Virus record (IMG/VR): IMGVR_UViG_3300031555_004294
Span: 224,001-288,000 of that record
Source: a virus
Lineage: Duplodnaviria; Caudoviricetes
Strand: one strand, 5' to 3'
Length of the DNA stretch: 64,000 bases
The notes beneath the pieces are model-generated. The model was not told where the DNA came from. It saw only the letters and a list, made by a program, of their open reading frames with translations, and made no database searches. Numbering within the stretch: position 1 is the first letter of the stretch; every line of letters starts with the position of its first letter. The translations under genes and the position numbers were made by a program. Below are positions 1 to 10,243 of the stretch, one piece after another.

Positions 1-654
1 TGAACCACCTATTTCTAAATCACCATTTTCTATAGTGACATTACCTTTAAGTTTTATTCCAGCATCAGATAGTTCTATAGCATTACCATTTGGTGCAGAT
101 AATTTTAATACATGATCATTAGTGTCTGCTTCAATTCTCATTCCATCCCAATAAAATCTAATTACATCTACATTTGGCCTAGTTTCTATACCTTCAAAAT
201 TTTTTTCTTTATAACAGTTAGCACTGTCTATTATGTCATCTTTAAAAGTAGGTGAAAATGGAAAGTAATAACATTTTTGCAAATCACTATTAAGAAACAT
301 GATTAATACTTGACTTCCAATTCTAGGTACTCTTAAGCTTCCTGCATTATAAAATTTTTTATTGTTCTTCCAGTTAGGTATGTTATCTTCATAGAAAGTT
401 AGTGGTCTTGCCCATATATAGTTACTTTCTTCAACTTCTAGTTGTTTGTCTTTAAAGTCATCAGCATTTATAACCAATTCTGTATCTACATCAACATCTG
501 TTGTTTGTTCATAAGGTTTTTCATTGTACTCATATTGATACATTAGTTGTGGTATAAATACTGCAATTTTTCCTTCTAATTCTGGATCAATATTATTTCT
601 TACTTCTGCAATCATGAATCCAGACAAAGACATTTTTGCAATATCTTCTATCAT
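1..654 (-). CDS. Baseplate hub/spike protein (gp5/gpV/VgrG-like OB-fold), truncated by the window edge
   Basis: Not in the ORF track. Hand translation from ATG at 654 gives MIEDIAKMSLSGFMIAEVRNNIDPELEGKIAVFIPQL...YIWARP...LRVPRIGSQVLIMFLNSD..., open to position 1. DPxxxG+I+V, WARP and VPxIGxxVxxxF are typical of gp5/gpV OB-folds. Confidence 0.65.
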   Translation of the reverse strand, partial: MIEDIAKMSLSGFMIAEVRNNIDPELEGKIAVFIPQLMYQYEYNEKPYEQTTDVDVDTELVINADDFKDKQLEVEESNYIWARPLTFYEDNIPNWKNNKKFYNAGSLRVPRIGSQVLIMFLNSDLQKCYYFPFSPTFKDDIIDSANCYKEKNFEGIETRPNVDVIRFYWDGMRIEADTNDHVLKLSAPNGNAIELSDAGIKLKGNVTIENGDLEIGGS

Positions 655-790
655 ATTTTCTTTCCTTTCCTTATCTCTAAAAAATCGTTTCTGAACATTC
701 GTATTATTAGGTTGTTAAAAAGTAATTTTTGTTATAAACATATATTCTAAAGTTGTATATATTTACAATGAAAGGAAAAGTGGAAATTTT

Positions 791-1342
791 ATGAAAAAAC
801 TGACTATAGAAAACCTAAAGAAGATTGGTAGTAGATATTCGAAAATGTCGTTACTAATCAGAAATATAAATCCAAGTGGATATAACAATGGAATAACACA
901 AGGTGAACAACATGCACTTTTAATTCAAAGCATCATAACATTTTCGTCAGAGAAACAATTAAAATATTTCCTACAGAATGAGTTACTAAAACTAACTAAA
1001 GATAACTTAAAAGAAACTTTTGCTTGGAAACAACCAGATATTAAAAATTCTTTGATACCATCATTAACACTACTCTTTTATGATGTAAATATCGATTTGA
1101 GTGATTTAGAAATTCAGTTTTTGATTCTCTATATCTATAGACTCTATCAGATATCGAATCGTACATTAGCAGAATCTAGTTTCTACGATTTTATAAAGAA
1201 TCTTCCAAATTACACATACAGCACTAAGGAAATTTTGCAATTAGATAGAATTAAAAACGCACTAGAATCTATAGATTATCTTGACTATATCGATCAGCAC
1301 GAACTCAAGAAAGCTTTAATGGAAGTTCAATTAGGGATTTAA
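791..1342 (+). CDS. Hypothetical protein
   Basis: 183-aa ORF with RBS, downstream of promoter-like motif at 739-757. Confidence 0.75.
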   Translation: MKKLTIENLKKIGSRYSKMSLLIRNINPSGYNNGITQGEQHALLIQSIITFSSEKQLKYFLQNELLKLTKDNLKETFAWKQPDIKNSLIPSLTLLFYDVNIDLSDLEIQFLILYIYRLYQISNRTLAESSFYDFIKNLPNYTYSTKEILQLDRIKNALESIDYLDYIDQHELKKALMEVQLGI

Positions 1343-1360
1343 ATAAAGGAGGAAATTTTT

Positions 1361-1843
1361 ATGGAGAACAAAAAAATTTTAACGGACTATGTAATTGAGA
1401 AAATCGAAGATGTTTTATCATTGGATCATGACAGTGGTAAATATACCATGCAACAACAGATTTTTGAAAAAGAAAAGAATGTAATCTGTAACTTGTTTTT
1501 ACCATTTTCTATTGATGACAAGATTATTGTAGACTATACTGAAGAAGGTAGTCAGATATTAAAAAGAGATAACTATCGTCACTACATTCGTTTCAATCCA
1601 ATTAAGTATAAGTCACATCTAAGCTTACTAGAAGAAGCTTTAGTAGAATTTGGTAAATGTACTGGTGTTGATTTAGATACGTGTGTCAATAAAGATGATG
1701 ATGGTTATTACGGTGTCGTATTAATGTCTCATGACGATGGCAGCAGAGAAATGTTTATGGAAACTAAAAAGTCTTATCAAAAAGAAAATGAAGCTTTGTT
1801 AAAAGTAATTCTACTAGCTCTAACTGACTATGAGGAGGAGTAA
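1361..1843 (+). CDS. Hypothetical protein
   Basis: 160-aa ORF, AAGGAGG RBS. Confidence 0.8.
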   Translation: MENKKILTDYVIEKIEDVLSLDHDSGKYTMQQQIFEKEKNVICNLFLPFSIDDKIIVDYTEEGSQILKRDNYRHYIRFNPIKYKSHLSLLEEALVEFGKCTGVDLDTCVNKDDDGYYGVVLMSHDDGSREMFMETKKSYQKENEALLKVILLALTDYEEE

Positions 1844-1848
1844 GGACA

Positions 1849-2424
1849 ATGAAAAAGATTCCAACCTTGTTTAAGAGAACTTTTGAAGGTCATAAGGTAG
1901 TGGACATTTCAAATGAAGTAACTGAAGGAATGGAATGGGTTCTTAATGGTGAAGGCTTAGCAACAATTAAAATTGACGGTAGTTGCTGTGCTATAATTGA
2001 TGGAGTTTTTTATAAACGCTATGACGCTAAACATGGTAAAAAACCTCCTGAAGGAGCTATTCCTTGTTGTGAACCAGATGAGATAACAGGACATCATCCT
2101 CATTGGTTGAAGATTGATGAAAATAATCCTGCTGACAGATGGTTTATCGAAGCCAGAAATAATTCAGAAGAAAGACTTTATGATGGCACTTATGAAGCCA
2201 TTGGTTTACATTTCCAGAGCAATCCATATAAACTAAACAGAGACATTCTTGTAAAACATGGTGAGTATGTTGTAGAAATTGATCGTTCTTTTGAAGGAAT
2301 CAAACAATTCTTAAGTGTTAACAACATTGAAGGACTTGTTTTCTGGTTGGAAGGTGAACCTAGATGTAAAATTAAACGTAAAGATTTTGGTTTTAAATGG
2401 CCTGATAATAAAGAAAATGGGTGA
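1849..2424 (+). CDS. ATP-dependent RNA ligase-like nucleotidyltransferase (DUF5565/RLIG1-like)
   Basis: Motif I KIDGSCC, TYEAIG, EGLVFW (motif IV), KIKRKDFG (motif V). Confidence 0.7.
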   Translation: MKKIPTLFKRTFEGHKVVDISNEVTEGMEWVLNGEGLATIKIDGSCCAIIDGVFYKRYDAKHGKKPPEGAIPCCEPDEITGHHPHWLKIDENNPADRWFIEARNNSEERLYDGTYEAIGLHFQSNPYKLNRDILVKHGEYVVEIDRSFEGIKQFLSVNNIEGLVFWLEGEPRCKIKRKDFGFKWPDNKENG

Positions 2425-2429
2425 TATGA

Positions 2430-2750
2430 GTGTGTGACAACTGTACAAAGAGAAGTATATGTAGTAAGATCCATCGTGATACTATAAGTAATGCTCATAA
2501 AGATGACAAGATGTTTTTTATACACTGCAAAAATTGCGGTGAGTATTTTTATATCTGTAGGCATGATTATACGGAAGTTCAAATAACTGATAAACTTGAA
2601 TCTAGTTTTCTCTTTACAGAAGTAACTTATAAAGTTGGTTTATCTAATAGACGACTAAGAACTGTAGAAAATGTCCATGCAATCCCAGATAAAAAAGTAG
2701 CTTTTGAAAACATGATTCTTAATACAAATCATATTCTTGTAGAAATTTAA
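2430..2750 (+). CDS. Cys-rich hypothetical protein
   Basis: CxxC motifs; lies in an operon. Confidence 0.6.
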   Translation: MCDNCTKRSICSKIHRDTISNAHKDDKMFFIHCKNCGEYFYICRHDYTEVQITDKLESSFLFTEVTYKVGLSNRRLRTVENVHAIPDKKVAFENMILNTNHILVEI

Positions 2751-2762
2751 GAGTAAAATTTT

Positions 2763-2990
2763 ATGGAAAGAGAACCTAAAAGTTTGTACTTAAAATTTAG
2801 TAAAAAAGAAGGGAAGTTTAAATTAATGGCTAACGAAAAAATTTTTGAAATTTTCATTCAAGATCTTAAAGAAGATGTTCAAGAAAAGTTAATTGAGTTC
2901 CTTGGTGGAGATAATGGAAATTATGATGTATTTCCAATTGTAACTCTTACTGAGTGTAATGAAGATGATGACGAAGATGATAGATGCTAA
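2763..2990 (+). CDS. Small hypothetical protein (start may be at MANEK)
   Basis: ORF in an operon, acidic C-terminus. Confidence 0.55.
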   Translation: MEREPKSLYLKFSKKEGKFKLMANEKIFEIFIQDLKEDVQEKLIEFLGGDNGNYDVFPIVTLTECNEDDDEDDRC

Positions 2991-3276
2991 ACATAAGGTA
3001 ACTTTTGAATGTTCTAACTGTAAAAGATTGCTTGATTGTAGCAAAGCAAGAATTTTTAAAACATTTGTTCATTGTGAGAATTGTGATACTTATTATAATT
3101 TACAATTTCTAGGTTTTAAAGACTTAGAAGATCTTTTTAATGCGGCATTTTATCTTTGGGAAGTTTCAAAGCAAGAAGTATTTGAAAAACTTTTAGAAAA
3201 TAATGACAATGTAGATGATAGTTTCGATTACATTTTGATAGAAAGTGGAAGAAAGGAGGAAACAGAAAATGGGTGA
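2959..3276 (+). CDS. Zn-ribbon hypothetical protein
   Basis: CSNC...CENC. Confidence 0.6.
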   Translation: MKMMTKMIDAKHKVTFECSNCKRLLDCSKARIFKTFVHCENCDTYYNLQFLGFKDLEDLFNAAFYLWEVSKQEVFEKLLENNDNVDDSFDYILIESGRKEETENG

Positions 3277-4615
3277 AATTACTATGGATATGCTGACTCA
3301 AGATCAGCAAAAAGCTATAAAGAAAATGACTATGTGGTACAGCCTAATTGACAACCAACAATACTATCGATTAGTTGGATTTGCTGGTTGTGGTAAAACT
3401 TTTATAGTCAACTTCTTTATAAAAGAAATTGGATTAGATCCTGTTTCGCAAGTTGCGTTTTGTGCTTTTACTGGATCGGCTGCTATGAACTTAGTAAAGA
3501 AGGGTAATAAAAATGCCACTACAATTCACCAGTTAATTTATGATACAGTTGTAGAAGATGTACCAGTATACAAAAAGAAAAAGAATAAAGAAACTGGTAA
3601 GATGGAAGATGATTTCTCACAAATACTAAGATACGAGAAGAAATTCTATACCACTAAGAAAATAACTTTAAACCCTCTTTTGAAGTTAATTGTCATAGAT
3701 GAGTTTTCTATGGCTAGCGACGATATTTTGAAAGACATACTTAGTTTTGGAGTTAAAGTTTTGATGATTGGCGATGGAGGTCAATTGGAACCAGTTCACA
3801 AGACTAATACTTTCATCAATGAGTATGACTCAGAACTAAGAGAGATAGTAAGACAAAAGGGAAACAGTCCTATTATCGATCTTTCATTTAAAGCTAGAAG
3901 TAAATCAGCTATTCCTTATGGTACTTATGGAGAAGATGTTGAAGTACTACCAGATTATTGTCTTGATGATGAAGATGAAGCTATTGAACTTTATACTTGG
4001 GCTGACCAGATTCTATGTGGAACTAATAGAACTAGGAAAAACATAAACAACATTGTTAGAAAACATAAAGGTTTTACTAATAAACTTCCACAACAAGGAG
4101 ATAAGGTTGTTTGTACTCAGAATAACTGGCAGCTATTAGCATGGAGTCCAAAACTAGGAACTTACATCAACTTAGTCAATGGCACAATGGGTTATGTTTC
4201 TAAAATTAAAGCAATCAGTGAAATCAGTAAAGAATTCATAATGGACTTTGTGACTGACTTTGATCCTGATTGTGTCTTTGAAGATATCAAGGTTAGCTTT
4301 ACCAACTTTGTTGATGATGTAGCTCCTCCCTTAAACAAAGGAAAACATGGTAGAGAAGTCACAAACATATTTGACTTTGGATATGCTATGACAGTTCATA
4401 AGGCTCAAGGAAATGGTTATCCTAAAGTTTTAGTAATAGCTGAACGTATGAGCTTTAGACCATTTGATATAGAAACTGAAAGACGTTGGTTATATACTGC
4501 AATTACAAGAGCAGAAAAACAGCTAATAATGTTAGTTGATGGTCGCTATTATAGGAATCCTAACTATGAACGTGATAGAGAATTTTGGGAGTCATATAAC
4601 GAAGTTTACGGCTAA
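3269..4615 (+). CDS. SF1B (Dda/RecD2-like) DNA helicase
   Basis: Walker A GFAGCGKT, AFTGSAA, TTIHQLIY, VIDEFSM, GDGGQLEPV, YAMTVHKAQG, LYTAITRA. Start moved to the ATG at 3269 after the AAGGAGG RBS. Confidence 0.92.
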   Translation: MGEITMDMLTQDQQKAIKKMTMWYSLIDNQQYYRLVGFAGCGKTFIVNFFIKEIGLDPVSQVAFCAFTGSAAMNLVKKGNKNATTIHQLIYDTVVEDVPVYKKKKNKETGKMEDDFSQILRYEKKFYTTKKITLNPLLKLIVIDEFSMASDDILKDILSFGVKVLMIGDGGQLEPVHKTNTFINEYDSELREIVRQKGNSPIIDLSFKARSKSAIPYGTYGEDVEVLPDYCLDDEDEAIELYTWADQILCGTNRTRKNINNIVRKHKGFTNKLPQQGDKVVCTQNNWQLLAWSPKLGTYINLVNGTMGYVSKIKAISEISKEFIMDFVTDFDPDCVFEDIKVSFTNFVDDVAPPLNKGKHGREVTNIFDFGYAMTVHKAQGNGYPKVLVIAERMSFRPFDIETERRWLYTAITRAEKQLIMLVDGRYYRNPNYERDREFWESYNEVYG

Positions 4616-4673
4616 AGTCATTCGAGTTTATAAACATATATCCTTACAATAGTTTTCTTAGAGGAGGAATAAA

Positions 4674-4964
4674 ATGGCAAAGCAAAATAATAAACAAGCA
4701 TTAGTAAAGAAAAATGAACAACAATTATCTAGAGTAGACGTTGATGAACTTGACGTTAGTTACACAAAGCGTAATGAGGCAACTATCAATGTTGCTGGTG
4801 TTAAGATAAATGTTGATTTAGCTGAGTTTAGTGCAGTTATCAGAGACGTTTTAGAGAGAAGAGCAGCAAGAAAAGCTTTAAAAGAACAACAGAAGAAAAA
4901 AGAATTAAAAGAGACAGTAACATACATTTTAAGTGAGACTGAAGAAAGTGAAGATAACAATTAA
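4674..4964 (+). CDS. Hypothetical protein
   Basis: GGAGG RBS, promoter-like motif upstream. Confidence 0.75.
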   Translation: MAKQNNKQALVKKNEQQLSRVDVDELDVSYTKRNEATINVAGVKINVDLAEFSAVIRDVLERRAARKALKEQQKKKELKETVTYILSETEESEDNN

Positions 4965-5209
4965 TGAATGACATAAATAATGGTCGTTTTGAAGGAGAAG
5001 TAATTTTTGATGATCCTGAAGTAGTAAATGGTGAAGAACTTATAAATCCTCAAGCTGAAGAAATAGATTTTGATAATTTGCCTTACCACTTACAACTCAA
5101 GTATAAAGAAAAGAAAAAATCTCCTACAAAACCTAAAAATTTGACGAAGAAACAAAGGCAAACTCGTACAAAATTAGTAAAGCAGAGCCGTAGAAGAAAT
5201 CGTCACTAA
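4964..5209 (+). CDS. Hypothetical protein with basic C-terminal tail
   Basis: Translationally coupled (TAATG), followed by a terminator. Confidence 0.7.
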   Translation: MNDINNGRFEGEVIFDDPEVVNGEELINPQAEEIDFDNLPYHLQLKYKEKKKSPTKPKNLTKKQRQTRTKLVKQSRRRNRH

Positions 5210-5221
5210 AATTTTAATAGG

Positions 5222-5261
5222 GGAAGAATGGTAAAAATTACCATTCTTCCTTTATTTTTTT
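5222..5261 (+). terminator. Intrinsic terminator
   Basis: GGAAGAATGGTAA-loop-TTACCATTCTTCC followed by a T-rich tract. Confidence 0.8.
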
Positions 5262-5363
5262 AGAAAACTTACAGTGTGGTAATAACAAAAAATTACACAG
5301 AAAGTCGAGTTATTAAGACTAGACTTAGCATTTACTTATAAACATGAAAGGAGTAATATTTTT

Positions 5364-7553
5364 ATGAACGTTATTAAAAGAAATGGTCAAGAAGTAGTTT
5401 TTGACTCCTCTAAAATTAAGAAAGCTATAGAAAGAGCTAATAAATCAGTAGTTGGTGAAGATTGTATTGATGAAACTAGAATTCAGGCTATCGTAAATCT
5501 CATCATAGAAAAATGTGAAGCATTAAATAGAGCTGTTAATGTAGAAGAAATTCAAGATATGGTAGAATACTATCTAATGCACTTTAATAAATTCAACTTA
5601 GCTAAGAACTACATAACATATCGTTATGAACATGCTCAAATGAGACAACAGAATACTACTGATAAGAAAATCCTTTCTTTATTGAATCATGAGAATGAAG
5701 AAATTAAGCAAGAAAATAGTAACAAGAACCCAACTATAAACTCTGTTATGAGAGACTATATGGCTGGTGAAGTTTCTAAGGATATTACAAGACGCTATTA
5801 TCTTCCTGAAGACATTGTAAATGCACATGATGAAGGAATTATCCATTTCCATGATGCAGACTATTTTGTACAACGTATGTATAACTGCTGCTTATGTAAT
5901 TTAGAAGATATGTTACAGAATGGTACAGTTATTAGTGGCACTATGATTGAGAAACCTCATAGTTTCCATACAGCTTGTAATATTGCAACTCAAATTATAG
6001 CTCAGGTTTGTTCTAATCAATACGGTGGACAAACGATAACTCTATCACATTTAGCTCCATTCGTTGATATTAGCAGACAATCTCTTATTAATGAAGTCAG
6101 AGAAGAAGTTGGTAGTTTTGTATGCGATGAAGTTGTTAGAGATATCGCTGAAAAGAGACTTCGTAAAGAAATTAGACGTGGAGTTCAGACGATTCAGTAT
6201 CAAGTTATTACGTTAAACACAACTAACGGTCAAGCTCCATTCCTCACTATTAACATGTACTTGAATGAAGTAGGTAACAATCAACAGCTTAAAGATGACT
6301 TAGCAATGATCATTGAGGAAATGCTCAAACAGAGAATTCAAGGTGTTAAAAACGCTGATGGTATTTGGATTACACCTGCTTTCCCAAAATTGGTATATGT
6401 ACTTGAGGAAGATAATGTATATCCTAAGAGCAAGTATTGGTATTTAACAGAATTAGCAGCTAAATGTACTGCTAAGAGAATGGTACCTGACTATGTATCT
6501 GAAAAGATCATGTTAATGCTAAAGAAAGATACAAACGGTGAAGGGCATTGTTATCCTCCAATGGGCTGTAGAAGTTTCTTAACTCCTGACTTAACAGATG
6601 GCAAAGCTAAATTCTATGGAAGATTTAATCAGGGAGTTTGCACAATATCTTTGCCTGATGTTGCACTTTCATCAAATGGTGATTATGATAAATTCTGGTC
6701 TATCTTTGAAGAAAGACTTGAACTTTGTCACAGAGCATTAATGATTCGTCATGAACATCTTTTAGGAACTAAGAGTGATGTAGCTCCTATCTTATGGCAA
6801 CATGGTGCTATTGCAAGACTTAAGCAAGGTGAAACTATTGACCATCTTCTTTACAATGGTTACTCTACAATTTCACTTGGTTATGCTGGTTTATATGAAT
6901 GTGTAAAGTATATGACTGGTGAATCACATACTGATCCTTACGGTAAAGAATTTGCTTTAACAGTAATGCAGAAATTAAATAATAAGTGTGCTGAATGGAA
7001 GAAGACACACAACATTGCATTCAGTGTTTATGGTACTCCAATTGAATCGACGACATATAGATTTGCAAGTTGCCTTAAGAGACGTTTTGGTATCATTGAA
7101 GATATCACAGACCACAACTATATTACCAATTCTTACCATGTAAATGTAAGAGAAGAAATTGATGCATTTACTAAGTTATCTCTGGAATCTGAATTCCAAC
7201 AGTTATCTCCTGGCGGTGCTATTTCTTATGTAGAAGTACCTAATATGCAGAACAATATTCCTGCAGTACTTGATATCATTAAGTATATCTACGATACTAT
7301 CATGTATGCTGAACTTAATACTAAGAGTGACTATTGTTCAGAATGTGGTTTTGATGGTGAAATAGTAATTGAAGAAAATGAACATGGTAAATTGATTTGG
7401 AAGTGTCCTAAGTGTGGTAATACAGATCAAACAAAGATGAGTGTTGCTCGCCGCACGTGTGGTTATATAGGATCCAGTTACTGGAATCAAGGTAGAACTG
7501 AAGAGATCAAGGATAGAGTCCTTCATGTGTCTACTTCTTGTTGTGAAAGGTAA
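5364..7553 (+). CDS. nrdD: Anaerobic ribonucleoside-triphosphate reductase (class III RNR) with N-terminal ATP-cone
   Basis: VIKRNG ATP-cone, NCCL, MGCRSFL, YGRFNQG, CxxC...CxxC, glycyl radical loop RRTCGYI. Confidence 0.97.
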   Translation: MNVIKRNGQEVVFDSSKIKKAIERANKSVVGEDCIDETRIQAIVNLIIEKCEALNRAVNVEEIQDMVEYYLMHFNKFNLAKNYITYRYEHAQMRQQNTTDKKILSLLNHENEEIKQENSNKNPTINSVMRDYMAGEVSKDITRRYYLPEDIVNAHDEGIIHFHDADYFVQRMYNCCLCNLEDMLQNGTVISGTMIEKPHSFHTACNIATQIIAQVCSNQYGGQTITLSHLAPFVDISRQSLINEVREEVGSFVCDEVVRDIAEKRLRKEIRRGVQTIQYQVITLNTTNGQAPFLTINMYLNEVGNNQQLKDDLAMIIEEMLKQRIQGVKNADGIWITPAFPKLVYVLEEDNVYPKSKYWYLTELAAKCTAKRMVPDYVSEKIMLMLKKDTNGEGHCYPPMGCRSFLTPDLTDGKAKFYGRFNQGVCTISLPDVALSSNGDYDKFWSIFEERLELCHRALMIRHEHLLGTKSDVAPILWQHGAIARLKQGETIDHLLYNGYSTISLGYAGLYECVKYMTGESHTDPYGKEFALTVMQKLNNKCAEWKKTHNIAFSVYGTPIESTTYRFASCLKRRFGIIEDITDHNYITNSYHVNVREEIDAFTKLSLESEFQQLSPGGAISYVEVPNMQNNIPAVLDIIKYIYDTIMYAELNTKSDYCSECGFDGEIVIEENEHGKLIWKCPKCGNTDQTKMSVARRTCGYIGSSYWNQGRTEEIKDRVLHVSTSCCER

Positions 7554-7558
7554 TTTAG

Positions 7559-8080
7559 ATGAACTATTGTGAAATAAAAAATGCAGATATGGCAAATGGT
7601 TTAGGTATGAGAGTTAGTCTATTTGTTTCTGGTTGTACACATCATTGTAAAGGTTGTTTCAATCAAGAAGCATGGGATTTTAACTATGGTAAACCATTTA
7701 CTGAAGAAACTATAAAGTATATTCTAGAGTTAATAGACAAACCTTACATCCATGGTCTAACAATACTTGGTGGAGAACCAATGCATCCATCAAATCAAAT
7801 TGATGTACTAAAACTAATTGTAGAATTTAGAAACAAATTTGAATTTGAAAAAGATATTTGGGTTTATACAGGTTATACGTTTGAAGAATTAATGACTAGA
7901 GTTGACAATGGTGATAATACTGCTGATAACATTGTAGCACAAATTGATGTCTTAGTTGATGGTAGATTTGAGCTAGAAAAGAAAGATATTTCACTTCAAT
8001 ACCGTGGAAGTTCCAACCAACGTATAATTGATATGGTAGAAACCTGTAATCAAGGTAAAATTGTCTTATTAAAACTATAA
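7559..8080 (+). CDS. nrdG: Class III RNR activase (radical SAM)
   Basis: GCTHHCKGCFN, LGGEP, DVLVDGRF, RGSSNQR; adjacent to nrdD. Confidence 0.97.
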   Translation: MNYCEIKNADMANGLGMRVSLFVSGCTHHCKGCFNQEAWDFNYGKPFTEETIKYILELIDKPYIHGLTILGGEPMHPSNQIDVLKLIVEFRNKFEFEKDIWVYTGYTFEELMTRVDNGDNTADNIVAQIDVLVDGRFELEKKDISLQYRGSSNQRIIDMVETCNQGKIVLLKL

Positions 8081-8084
8081 AAAC

Positions 8085-8124
8085 AAACAAGTAGTATGAT
8101 TTTATGTCATACTACTTGTTTTTA
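8085..8124 (+). terminator. Intrinsic terminator
   Basis: AAACAAGTAGTATGA/TCATACTACTTGTTT inverted repeat plus Ts. Confidence 0.8.
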
Positions 8125-8199
8125 TTTATTTAAAGGAACTTTTTGTCAAAAAATAATTATAAAACACAAATCTATAAATTTTTAAAGGAGATACGATAA

Positions 8200-8673
8200 A
8201 TGTCATTGTTTAAATGGTTAAAAGACCTATTTTGTAGTTTTACTGAAGATGATGAACCTTCTGAAGATGATGTAGAAGAAGTAGTTGACGGTATAGTTGA
8301 ATCTGTTGATAACGAAGTTCATGAATGTGAGAATGACTGTCACTGTGGCTGCCACTGTAGTTGTGGGGACAATTGTCAGTGTGAGAATGATGAAACAAAT
8401 GAAGTAGTAGCAATAGCAGTAGATCCTATTATAAAGAATTTCTTTGACAATCTTGATTGGGATAATCTTCATGTAAACGACTTTGAAGAAATGTTAAAGT
8501 TCGATCTTAGAGAATATGGCGAACTAGTAGATTGGTATAAGATTTCTAAGTTTAAGGGTCTTCCTCCAGAGTTCTGTATCAATTACAGAGACATGATTGA
8601 TTGGAACCTTTATAACAAGAGCTACTTGAAGAAGTACGTTAAAGAACTCCTTAAGGAAGAAGGAAGAATTTAA
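8200..8673 (+). CDS. Acidic protein with a Cys/His-rich metallothionein-like segment and C-terminal tryptophan repeats
   Basis: HECENDCHCGCHCSCGDNCQC; LDW/VDWYKIS/IDW repeats. Confidence 0.65.
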   Translation: MSLFKWLKDLFCSFTEDDEPSEDDVEEVVDGIVESVDNEVHECENDCHCGCHCSCGDNCQCENDETNEVVAIAVDPIIKNFFDNLDWDNLHVNDFEEMLKFDLREYGELVDWYKISKFKGLPPEFCINYRDMIDWNLYNKSYLKKYVKELLKEEGRI

Positions 8674-8784
8674 GGATTACATAGATGTAGGTATAACTTT
8701 AATGGGTTATACCTACATTTAATTTCAGTTACAACTATATATCATTACCTTGTACAAATTATAACTAAAAGGAGAAACCAATTT

Positions 8785-8979
8785 ATGAGTAACATCAATC
8801 CTAAAGGTATTTTAGACGCTATGGTAAAACCAGCTAAAGTAGACAGATCATTTGAAGAGTCTAAGAAACTTAATTCTAAACCAGCACGAAAGCTTACACC
8901 TTATGAAAGAACTAAAGCTCAGGTTTATGCAACTGGTAACAAGTGGGCAATTGAGAATTTCCATGCAACTCACGATTAA
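8785..8979 (+). CDS. Small hypothetical protein
   Basis: AAGGAG RBS, promoter motif at 8736-8754. Confidence 0.7.
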   Translation: MSNINPKGILDAMVKPAKVDRSFEESKKLNSKPARKLTPYERTKAQVYATGNKWAIENFHATHD

Positions 8980-9064
8980 ACTGTAAAAATTGCTTACAAA
9001 AATTTTATAGTGTATGTTTCATAATCATACCAGAGAAAAATAATATAAAAAGGAGGATCAGATT

Positions 9065-10162
9065 ATGACTGATCAAGAAAGACTTGCGATCTTTGAACAT
9101 TTTTTCGCAGAAGAAGCTAATCACAAATTTTGGAACTATGCAAATGAGTTCAATCAACTTTCTATTGAGTTTGTAGAGATTTTCAAAGAAAACCTTCCTA
9201 CAAAATATTGGAAGACACAGGCTAGAAAATTAATTAGACGCGACTTAGATGAGAAATTTGCTCATCACTTTGCAACAGATATCCATTGGGAGACTGCATC
9301 TAAGGAAATGACTAAGCTTAGAGAAGTGGATGAAAACCTAATTAGAGAATACGCTAGTTATTGGGATTGGACTCAGATTTCTAAAGCTAGACTTTCTGAG
9401 CAATTGATTGAAGACTACAACTTATCTGTAGATTGGGTTGAAGTATCTATGCATTCAAAGTTGTCTGAAGAGTTTATTTCCAGACATGAACATGAAGTAA
9501 ATTGGGATAAGATTAGCGAATGGCAAAGACATTTGTCAGAAGCCTTTATTCGTAAGTATGAGGATAAGGTTAACTGGAAACAGATTTCTCAGAATCAGAA
9601 ACTTTCTGAAGGGTTCATGAGTGAGTTTAAAGACAGAATTGATTGGTTCTATGTTTCTAAGTCTCAAAAGTTGTCTGAAAGATTTATGAATGAGTTTAAA
9701 AATGAACTTGATTGGGGTAGATTGTCTCGTTATCAGGTAATGAGTGAGAGATTTATCCGTCAACATCAGGATAGAGTTAAGTGGAACAGTATTTTTATGT
9801 ATCAGCATGTAAGTGCTAAGTTTAAGGAAGAATTTTCTGAGTTTTACCAGCCTTATGAAGATAAGCTTAAGAAGAAGGGCAAAGGTGTACGTGCTCAAAC
9901 CAGAAAGATGGCTGCTAAAGCAATTGTTGAAGATGAATGGCGTAAAGAAAGAGGATTTGAGACTCAAGCTGAAAACTTTAAATACAGTAAGAGACCTTCT
10001 GGCAAACCTATTCTTCGTAATGAACAACAACTTAGAGAAGAAAGATCCATTGTTAATAGAAGTTCTGCACGTACTGAAGTAAAACCTGGTGATAGATACA
10101 CTCCTGTTACTAGACCAACTTTTGCTAGAGAACTTAAAGAAACTGACAAGAAGAAGTTCTAA
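9065..10162 (+). CDS. Tryptophan-repeat protein
   Basis: About 7 tandem 25-aa repeats, consensus V[DN]WxxISxxQKLSExFIxEFxD. Confidence 0.85.
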   Translation: MTDQERLAIFEHFFAEEANHKFWNYANEFNQLSIEFVEIFKENLPTKYWKTQARKLIRRDLDEKFAHHFATDIHWETASKEMTKLREVDENLIREYASYWDWTQISKARLSEQLIEDYNLSVDWVEVSMHSKLSEEFISRHEHEVNWDKISEWQRHLSEAFIRKYEDKVNWKQISQNQKLSEGFMSEFKDRIDWFYVSKSQKLSERFMNEFKNELDWGRLSRYQVMSERFIRQHQDRVKWNSIFMYQHVSAKFKEEFSEFYQPYEDKLKKKGKGVRAQTRKMAAKAIVEDEWRKERGFETQAENFKYSKRPSGKPILRNEQQLREERSIVNRSSARTEVKPGDRYTPVTRPTFARELKETDKKKF

Positions 10163-10243
10163 AAATAAAATTTCAAATCGGATGTACCTTTCCTAAATGA
10201 GAGGTACATCCGATTTATCTAAACTATGCAATAACAATATAAA

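Noticed and set aside
7381-7396. nrdD segment ACATGGTAAATTGA as a self-target of the shared guide (acatggtcaa/ctttcaatt)
   Set aside because: Requires an indel and the match fails after 14 nt; not credible in AT-rich DNA.
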